Part shown: in pieces, positions 57,585-64,000 of the stretch
How positions within the stretch are numbered: position 1 is the first letter of the stretch
How the letters are laid out: every line of letters starts with the position of its first letter
Assembly (NCBI GenBank): GCA_021818545.1
Contig: JAKATX010000001.1
Span: forward strand, 47,061-111,060
DNA: 64,000 nucleotides
DNA from: Candidatus Micrarchaeota archaeon
Lineage (GTDB): Archaea; Micrarchaeota; Micrarchaeia; Micrarchaeales; Micrarchaeaceae
Reading direction: 5' to 3'
Notes under the pieces: model-generated
The model's input: only the letters and a program-made list of their open reading frames with translations
What the model was told of the DNA's origin: nothing
Database searches by the model: none
Position numbers and translations under genes: made by a program

Positions 57585-59321
57585 TTATTTGCGTGAGGCG
57601 AGCATTTTTTCCATACGCCTTGCATCTACCGAATTGAATACCCTATCCTTAGTCAGCCACCCTCTCCTTGCCATGCCAACGCCATACTTAAGGAACCCGA
57701 AATGCATTGTGCTGTGCGAATCAGAATCTACCGAGAATTTCACCTTGTATTTTGAAGCGGACATTATGTTGGTGTCATTCAGGTCGAGCCTGCCAGGAAA
57801 TGCATCGATCTCCAGCGCAACACCATTGTCCTCTGCGGATTCTGCAACTTTATCGAGATTCAGCTGATACGGCTCCCTGCCGTTTACCTCTCTGCCGGTA
57901 GGATGGCCCAGAATTGTTACAAGGCCCGTGCCCAAAGCCGTTGTTATGCGCTTGGTCATCTCAGTCTCCGGCATCTTAAAAAGCGAGTGCACAGAACCTA
58001 TCACGCAGTCCATCTGCCTTATGGTAGAAGGCTGCAGGTCCAATGAACCATCCTTCAGTATGTCCACCTCACCGCCTTTGAATATCCTGAGCTTGCCATC
58101 CAATTTCTCATTCATCTCGTCAACTTTCTTGAAGAAGCTGATGAACTGCTTGTCGTTCATTCCGTGCGCCACTTTGAGGCTCTTCGTGTGATTTGTAACC
58201 GCAATGTATTGGAGATGTGCTTTTATGGCTGCGGTAGCCATTTCCTCCATGGTGTTGGTGCCATCGGTCTCCTTCGTATGCGTGTGCATATCGCCAAATA
58301 TGTCATCTAACTCTACAATAGTAGGTATCTTGTGCTCCAACGCAAGCTTCACTTCGCCCCTCGCTTCCCGCATTTCTGGAGGGACCAATTGCATGCCAAG
58401 CGCTTCGTATATGTCCGCCTCGTCCTTGCTTGATACGAGCTTGTCTTTCTTATCGAATAGGCCGTATTCATTGAGCTTGTATCCCTTCTTCACCGCTATC
58501 TGCCTGACCTGCACATTGTGGTCTTTGCTTCCAGTGAAGTATTGCAGGGCAGCCCCGAAGCTATCCGGCTCTATCACCCTGAGGTCGCAGCTCAACCCCA
58601 CCTTAAGCCAGACGGTGGTCTTTGTTGGGCCGCTCACTATTATGCGCTCTACTGCAGGCAGCTTGGCGAAGAAGTCCATCACCTTGGATGGAGCGTTTGA
58701 CGTAGCCAATATGTCTATGTCGCCTACGGTATCCCTCATGCGCCTTGCGGAGCCCGCTATAAGCACTTTGTCCACAAGTCCGCTTTTTGACAGCGCGCTT
58801 ACTATCCCTTCTGCCTCTGGCACGGCGTCGCCCAGGAGCAGCCTTCCTTTGCTTGACTCCCTCATTTGTAGCCCAGCCTCAAGCAGTTCCTCGCGTTTGG
58901 CCCCGAATCCAGGCAGATCCCTTACTTTATGGGATTGCACGGCCTTCTTAAGGTCCTCTATGTTCCTTACGCCAAGGGCCCTGTACAGCGCGACTGCAGT
59001 TTTAGGGCCAAGCCCCTGCACCGAAGTCAGATCTGCCATCTGTATTGGATATTTGAGCTTGAGCTTTTCGAGCCTAGATATCTTGCCTGTATTTACGTAT
59101 TCCTCTATCTTATCAGCCAGGCCCTTGCCAACGCCGGGAATCGTCATTAGTGCATCATGGCCGCCAGCGGCGTACATCTGCTCTATCGGCTCCTGCAGCG
59201 CCCCTATAGCCAAAGCGGCCTTCTTGTACGCCCTGACCTCGAACCTTGAGTCAGGTGTCTCATCGACGCTGATTAGGTCTGCTATCTCATCGAATATGTC
59301 AGCCAATATCTTGTTGCTCAT
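57585..59321 (-). CDS. polX: DNA polymerase X with PHP domain
   Basis: HhH motifs, GSARR, GDIDI, YFTGSK.HN, LNEYG; PHP motifs DMHTHT and DSDSH. Confidence 0.96.
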   Translation of the reverse strand: MSNKILADIFDEIADLISVDETPDSRFEVRAYKKAALAIGALQEPIEQMYAAGGHDALMTIPGVGKGLADKIEEYVNTGKISRLEKLKLKYPIQMADLTSVQGLGPKTAVALYRALGVRNIEDLKKAVQSHKVRDLPGFGAKREELLEAGLQMRESSKGRLLLGDAVPEAEGIVSALSKSGLVDKVLIAGSARRMRDTVGDIDILATSNAPSKVMDFFAKLPAVERIIVSGPTKTTVWLKVGLSCDLRVIEPDSFGAALQYFTGSKDHNVQVRQIAVKKGYKLNEYGLFDKKDKLVSSKDEADIYEALGMQLVPPEMREARGEVKLALEHKIPTIVELDDIFGDMHTHTKETDGTNTMEEMATAAIKAHLQYIAVTNHTKSLKVAHGMNDKQFISFFKKVDEMNEKLDGKLRIFKGGEVDILKDGSLDLQPSTIRQMDCVIGSVHSLFKMPETEMTKRITTALGTGLVTILGHPTGREVNGREPYQLNLDKVAESAEDNGVALEIDAFPGRLDLNDTNIMSASKYKVKFSVDSDSHSTMHFGFLKYGVGMARRGWLTKDRVFNSVDARRMEKMLASRK

Positions 59322-59388
59322 GCTGCCCAGCCCGACCGACCGTTAGTATCTTAGTCGATATTTTATCACTTTGCTTCTATATTTATAT

Positions 59389-60006
59389 ATGCCTGAAGAC
59401 GAAGGAGCCGGAAAACCGCGTGAGCAGGACATCCAGAAGGATTACGAGAGGCTGGAAAAACTTAGCCGGGTATACCTTGCGATTATATCCAGGTACACCG
59501 ATTACATAGAGGACAAGGAGAGCATCTCGGTAGCGGAACTGCCAATCCTAATAACGCCGAAGGACAGGCTGGTTGCAAGGCTGGCCGAGGAGATAATGCA
59601 CTCTTTCCCCCAGTATGAATACGACAGGGACTTCGGTGAGGCGAGCATGAAGGTGTTCTCATTCGTTAAGGATAATGTTGAGAACATAGTACTGCCGCTG
59701 CAGTTCTGGCTTAGCGTAGAGGAGGTGCTTACTTTCATGGTAGGGGATGTGATGGACAAGAACATACTGCTATGCAGCGTTTTGATAAGCCTTGGGAACC
59801 CGTCTGCAAAAGTGCTTGCAGTAGTGAAGGACGGAGTCCAGAGGATACTCGTATATTACGAACTTGCAGGCAAGCTGCGCGCCTTTGAATTCAATAAGGG
59901 CGCTGCTGAATTTGCCAATTTTGAAGAACTGAAGGGTTATGTTGCTATAGACGACGATTCAACTGCCTATGAATTCAATGACAAGATGTATGTAGACATA
60001 AGCTGA
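59389..60006 (+). CDS. Hypothetical protein, transglutaminase-like fold without the catalytic Cys
   Basis: FSFVKDNV...FW....E.L....GDVMDKNILLCSVLISLG resembles the GDCxD.A.LL.SLL..LG motif. Confidence 0.55.
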   Translation: MPEDEGAGKPREQDIQKDYERLEKLSRVYLAIISRYTDYIEDKESISVAELPILITPKDRLVARLAEEIMHSFPQYEYDRDFGEASMKVFSFVKDNVENIVLPLQFWLSVEEVLTFMVGDVMDKNILLCSVLISLGNPSAKVLAVVKDGVQRILVYYELAGKLRAFEFNKGAAEFANFEELKGYVAIDDDSTAYEFNDKMYVDIS

Positions 60007-60020
60007 TTTGTTTTGCGTAT

Positions 60021-60134
60021 TCAGCGTGCAGAGGACTTGAACTTCTTGCGATGCGCTTTGCGCAACCTCTTCAGTTTCTGCATTCTATACTTGTGGCCTA
60101 TCTTCTTTTTTGATTTTGATACGGTTCTCTGCAT
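60021..60134 (-). CDS. Small basic protein (37 aa), putative ribosomal protein eL41/eS32
   Basis: MQRTVSKSKKKIGHKYRMQKLKRLRKAHRKKFKSSAR; GTGAT SD-like element upstream; below the ORF-track size cutoff. Confidence 0.6.
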   Translation of the reverse strand: MQRTVSKSKKKIGHKYRMQKLKRLRKAHRKKFKSSAR

Positions 60135-60152
60135 AATATCACTAATCGAACA

Positions 60153-60668
60153 TTAGCTTATCATTATCGCGTTTGCCTCGCCGCTGCCCTTCTCGAACGA
60201 TACTTCCAGAACGCCGTTATTGTATTTGGCCTTTGCAGTTTCAGGATTTACGCCTTTAGGTAGCAGTATCTCTTTATGATAGCTCCTATTTATGCTTTTG
60301 GCATCTATCTTTAGCCTTGATTCCGAAGATTCGAGCTTTATCTGCTCCTTCGAGACGCCAGGAAGCTCCACTATTACAGTTATGCCGCCGCCCACTTCCA
60401 TTATGTCCACCAGAGGTTCGCGCTCCGCCGCCTTGCGCGGTATGGAAGTCATAGTCTGCCTGTTGATGTTGCCGAACCTGTCCATCATAGGTACGCCATT
60501 CTGGTCAATCCTTATGTTGAACCCGTATATCATCGGCTGCTTTGACCCTCCCATATCCTCTATGCTCTTGGTGACGTCCTTTATGAATTTCGCCATGAAA
60601 GCATTAAGTTCGGTGTAGCTCTCTGGCTGTTCGTCATTTGCACCTTTCTTTTTCCTACCTTTTGGCAC
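60153..60668 (-). CDS. hsp20: Archaeal small heat-shock protein Hsp20
   Basis: P.IYGF.I.I...G.P....FGN, REPLVD, ELPGV and AKYNNGVLEV motifs; GTG start at 60668 follows a GGTGAT SD. Confidence 0.92.
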   Translation of the reverse strand: MPKGRKKKGANDEQPESYTELNAFMAKFIKDVTKSIEDMGGSKQPMIYGFNIRIDQNGVPMMDRFGNINRQTMTSIPRKAAEREPLVDIMEVGGGITVIVELPGVSKEQIKLESSESRLKIDAKSINRSYHKEILLPKGVNPETAKAKYNNGVLEVSFEKGSGEANAIMIS

Positions 60669-60715
60669 TTCATCACCGTAATCCTTAATATCTGGTTTAA
60701 AGGATTTATACTTTT

Positions 60716-60763
60716 GTGACATCCTCCCACCCGTGAATGGTGTTGGATTTCCAGCTCACTTTG
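60716..60763 (-). mobile_element. 48-bp miniature derivative of the IS605-family element (left-end/right-end fusion)
   Basis: Minus strand TTAA|CAAAGTGAGCTGGAAATCCAACACCA-TTCA-CGGGTGGGAGGATGTCAC; 5' half matches the left end at 29751-29780 (2 mismatches), 3' half matches the right end at 28427-28448. Confidence 0.9.
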
Positions 60764-60770
60764 TTAAATG

Positions 60771-61823
60771 CTACTTAAACCAGTTGTCAATGCTCGGCTG
60801 ATGCGCCTTTGTCCTGGTCTCCATTGTCCTGTTAACTATCTTCTCTATGCGTTCATTAGAGAAGTCATGTTCGTCGCACATGAACCTCAATATGCCTTCT
60901 TTGTCCGGTTGCAGCTTCGCAGCGTCGCGCACAAAGTCTTCCCCGACATCCACCACCTCTGGCTTCTCGAATAGTGAAACTACCTCGCTTATGTCCAGCT
61001 CGAACTCTGCATTGAACTTTTCCTTAACGATACGCTTTACATCAGAGATCGAACTCGACAGCTTGGCGAACTTGAGCGCGGTCTTCGGGCCCACCCCCTT
61101 TATGCCCTCGTTGAAATCCGTGCCAAGCATTATGCCGATCCATATCAGCTGCTCCCTGCTGACGCCGAGATTGCTCAGGGTGTCTTCAAGGCTGACAAGC
61201 TCCGGCTCCACTGTCACGTATATGTTCTTCCTTGGGAGCTTCCTCCTCCCGCTTATCGACAGGTTCCTGACGACCTTGGGCGAGCCGAAAAGCATCGTGT
61301 CGTAATCCTGGCTGGCAGCCGCGTATATGAGTCCCTTGCTGCACATGTAGCTGGCCTGCGCTTCGCCTTCGCTTGGCGCGTTTACGCACTGCACACCCAT
61401 CAGTCCAAGAAGGCGCTTCGAGCTCTCGACCACGTTCTTGTCTATCCTTGTGCTCGCCTGGGCATGCACCCTCGCGGCTTCGACCTCCCCCGCGTCCTTC
61501 GCTTCCTGCCAGGCAGCATATGCGGCCTTTCGCCTCTGCATCCTCGCCATTATGGTCTTCTGCTTAAGCATAGAAGGTATGCCGTCGAAAACGTATATAG
61601 GGGTTATCCCATATTCGAAAAGCTCGGAAGTCCTGTAGAACAGCCCGGAAAGGTGGCTGGTGAGGTTGCCATGTGGATCGGTGAGCGGGGTGCCATCCTG
61701 CTGCCTTATTATTGAAAGGAACTGGTATATGGCGTTGTACGCATCTATCGCTATGGTCTTGTTGTTAAGTTCTGTGAGGCTTATCTTCCTCTTCGAGATG
61801 AGCTTGCTCAAATCAACAGACAT
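60771..61823 (-). CDS. fen: Flap endonuclease 1
   Basis: IDAYNAIYQFL, VFDG, APSEGEAQA, SQDYD and GTDFN motifs; C-terminal PIP box QPSIDNWF. Confidence 0.97.
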   Translation of the reverse strand: MSVDLSKLISKRKISLTELNNKTIAIDAYNAIYQFLSIIRQQDGTPLTDPHGNLTSHLSGLFYRTSELFEYGITPIYVFDGIPSMLKQKTIMARMQRRKAAYAAWQEAKDAGEVEAARVHAQASTRIDKNVVESSKRLLGLMGVQCVNAPSEGEAQASYMCSKGLIYAAASQDYDTMLFGSPKVVRNLSISGRRKLPRKNIYVTVEPELVSLEDTLSNLGVSREQLIWIGIMLGTDFNEGIKGVGPKTALKFAKLSSSISDVKRIVKEKFNAEFELDISEVVSLFEKPEVVDVGEDFVRDAAKLQPDKEGILRFMCDEHDFSNERIEKIVNRTMETRTKAHQPSIDNWFK

Positions 61824-61832
61824 CAGAAAAAC

Positions 61833-62285
61833 CTAGCGCTTGACGATGAAGTCGCCCAGCGTAGCCTTGTCTCCCCTCTTGCCATGATACGAGTCCTCAG
61901 GCTTGCTAGGTGCAGCCAGCCGTATGTTGAGCGCTCTCTCCAGCTTTTTCGTGAGTTGAATCGGCGGCTTCGTCTTCTCCTCCTCCACCCTGAGTAGTAG
62001 CGTCTCCTTTTCGTTAAGCATCTCGGCCAGCACTTTCAGCGGAAGCTTCATCGCCTCCCTCGCATTGCGGATCGCAGCGCCGTAATTTTCTATGAGCTCC
62101 ATGTCCTCTTCTGCGTTACCTCGTGACTGTTGGGGCGCTGGCCGTGAGCTGATCGGCATGGTACTATCCCTGCCTATCACCTTTGCGCCCTTAGCGCATT
62201 TTTTGCATACACGAAGTTGCGCAGGATCCACCGCTATTATGAAAACGTCGGTCATCTGCTTGCCGCACATCTCGCAGTCCTCCAT
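61833..62285 (-). CDS. mbf1: Archaeal multiprotein bridging factor aMBF1
   Basis: CEMCG...CKKC zinc ribbon, HTH, TLGD tail. Confidence 0.92.
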   Translation of the reverse strand: MEDCEMCGKQMTDVFIIAVDPAQLRVCKKCAKGAKVIGRDSTMPISSRPAPQQSRGNAEEDMELIENYGAAIRNAREAMKLPLKVLAEMLNEKETLLLRVEEEKTKPPIQLTKKLERALNIRLAAPSKPEDSYHGKRGDKATLGDFIVKR

Positions 62286-62419
62286 TCCCTCACCAAACAA
62301 TAGTAAATTCGCGGTATAACAACAAATACCTTTCCATGATTTACGCCATGACCCGCTAAGTGTTATATAGTTTTCCGGCAATGACTTAACGGTGGTGCTC
62401 TACGGCCTCGAAAGGTAGC

Positions 62420-63904
62420 GTGAAGAAGGGCTATGGCGTATACGGAGATGTTGGCGTGGCCACGCTCATCGTCTTGGGCATAGCCATGGTTTACATAAGC
62501 TACATATCGGCCCAGTTGACCGCATTGTACCAGTTCGGCCTTGCAATAATATCTATGGTTGCCATAGGCATAGCGATAACACGCATAAAGTCGCTAAACG
62601 GGGCGTTCGGAGCGTACATGATAGGCGGACGCAGCGGGATAAAGTTCATAGATCGCCTGTCCAGGAGGCATAGGCGATTCTGGAACGCGATGGCGATGTG
62701 GGGCCTGGTGCTGGGCTTCGGGCTCTTGACATACCCACTGCTCAAGGGGCGCCTGGACAAAAGGATATACCTGTTCGGCATATTCAGCATAATAGTTTTC
62801 GTTGCGGTGCTGCTGCCAAACATGCTGCCTGCCCTGCAGTTGATACAGCTGCCACAACTCCAAAACGTCGTAAGTTCTGCTTCCGCAGCGCAAGGTACGC
62901 CGGCAGTTATGGGAGCGGAGATAATAGAGACCGCAGTAAGTGCTGTGCTGGGCTTCTCAGGATACGTCATAATAGCCATACTGTCAAATGCAGTATACAT
63001 AGGATCCGGGATAGCCGCTTTCATGCTGAGCGTGGCGCAGGGCGCGCCCCAGATATCCCACGTTACACAGCAGGTTCCAAGCGTGGCTCCCTTGCTCCCA
63101 GGCATAGACATACCGCTGATACCTGGCATAATCGCCTTGGCTTTCCTATTGGTAGTGCACGAATTCTCCCATGGCGTGCTTTCACGCGTATATGGCATTA
63201 AGATAAAATCGATAGGCATGCTGCTCTTCGGGGTCATACCGATGGGCGCATACGTGGAGCCAGATGAGAAAAAGGTAAACAAATTGGACAGCCTCAAGCA
63301 GAGCAAGATATTCGCAGCCGGGGTTTCTGCGAACTTCATATTTGCCGTCATATTCTTTATCCCTTTCATGCTTTCCCTGATGTACCTGCTCCCGCTCGTT
63401 TCTACGCCCGGAGTCTACATAAACAATACACTGAATGGCTATCCGGCTGCGATAAGCGGGGTCCAGCCGGGCAGCAGGATAATCTCATGGAATGGGCATA
63501 ACGTAACCAACATAACCGCATTTGAGGATTTCGCCATAGCAAGTGAAAGGCCCAACGCTACAGTAGTATTGGGCACTGACAAAGGCAATTACACGCTAAA
63601 GGAAGTGCAGTACGGATCAAACAGCTCCAAATGGATTGTTGGGATAAGCGTAATATACAAGCAGATAGCGCCAAAGAGCGGGTTTCTTGACCAGCTGGGT
63701 TTCAATCTCTATGCAACAATGGCATTCCTATTCATGCTGAACTTCCTTGTCGCAGTTGTGAATTACCTCCCGATACCGGGCTTTGACGGCTGGAGGATAT
63801 ACAAGGCCAACATAAAGAACGGAAGGATAGTTACGGCGTTATCGCTCATAGTCATAGTTGGGCTTCTGCTTGGGGTGGCGCCTTTGGTTGCCAACTATTT
63901 ATAG
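62420..63904 (+). CDS. Site-2 protease (M50) with PDZ domain
   Basis: HEFSH, GAYVEPD, AAG...N and NYLPIPGFDG motifs; PDZ-like PA...GVQPG..I...NG. Confidence 0.93.
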   Translation: MKKGYGVYGDVGVATLIVLGIAMVYISYISAQLTALYQFGLAIISMVAIGIAITRIKSLNGAFGAYMIGGRSGIKFIDRLSRRHRRFWNAMAMWGLVLGFGLLTYPLLKGRLDKRIYLFGIFSIIVFVAVLLPNMLPALQLIQLPQLQNVVSSASAAQGTPAVMGAEIIETAVSAVLGFSGYVIIAILSNAVYIGSGIAAFMLSVAQGAPQISHVTQQVPSVAPLLPGIDIPLIPGIIALAFLLVVHEFSHGVLSRVYGIKIKSIGMLLFGVIPMGAYVEPDEKKVNKLDSLKQSKIFAAGVSANFIFAVIFFIPFMLSLMYLLPLVSTPGVYINNTLNGYPAAISGVQPGSRIISWNGHNVTNITAFEDFAIASERPNATVVLGTDKGNYTLKEVQYGSNSSKWIVGISVIYKQIAPKSGFLDQLGFNLYATMAFLFMLNFLVAVVNYLPIPGFDGWRIYKANIKNGRIVTALSLIVIVGLLLGVAPLVANYL

Positions 63905-63999
63905 GCCGCTTTGCGGAGGTTCGCTATCGTTCCGAAGTCCATGGTAGATCCGAATCCTATCGCTATGGCGTGCATCTCGCTTATTTTGGAGGCTCGCAG
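63895..63999 (-). CDS. 3' end of a gene truncated by the window edge (function unknown)
   Basis: Open frame ...LRASKISEMHAIAIGFGSTMDFGTIANLRKAAYK* converging on the S2P gene. Confidence 0.4.
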   Translation of the reverse strand: MRASKISEMHAIAIGFGSTMDFGTIANLRKAAYK

Positions 64000-64000
64000 G

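Noticed and set aside
58204..59346. 380-aa plus-strand ORF and many similar antisense ORFs
   Set aside because: They lie opposite well-supported genes (here polX) and show no motifs; they are codon-bias shadows
60669..60722. ATG at 60722 as the native hsp20 start
   Set aside because: It lies inside the inserted mini-element; GTG at 60668 has a GGTGAT SD

Overview
Archaeal chromosomal window. PolD, MCM, Fen1, Dph2, archaeal r-proteins and a C1-G72 tRNA-Tyr with an intron show the domain. FtsZ, DUF929 and a 'GQSAMEYLMTYGWAILII' pilin-like gene suggest a DPANN/Micrarchaeota-like organism (inference). Most genes are housekeeping: rps9/rpl13/rpl18e/tRNA-Leu/rpoD, pyrG, Xpf-like nuclease, cgi121, metG, mcm, EF-1beta, rad50, ftsZ, rpl10e, dph2, gdhA, fni, asnS, PolD DP1/DP2, polX, hsp20, fen1, mbf1 and three tRNAs. 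Notable items: (1) a ~10-kb gene for a ~3,300-aa repeat-rich surface protein with recent internal duplications, one C-terminal TM helix and a possibly TIR-like cytoplasmic tail; (2) a 1,354-bp tnpB-only IS200/IS605 element, carrying one nonsense codon, inserted after TTAA in a Mut7-C RNase gene that is restored in frame on removal; (3) a 48-bp left-end/right-end fusion of the same element, also after TTAA, between fen1 and hsp20; (4) a CDC48-like double-AAA ATPase fused to a polytopic membrane domain; (5) an orphan Thr1 proteasome-beta-like Ntn hydrolase; (6) apparently inactive CheD-like and transglutaminase-like proteins; (7) a 37-aa eL41/eS32-like ORF missing from the ORF track; (8) a bacterial-type MetRS with HIGH replaced by LLGN. 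All family calls come from motifs recognised by eye; no searches were run.
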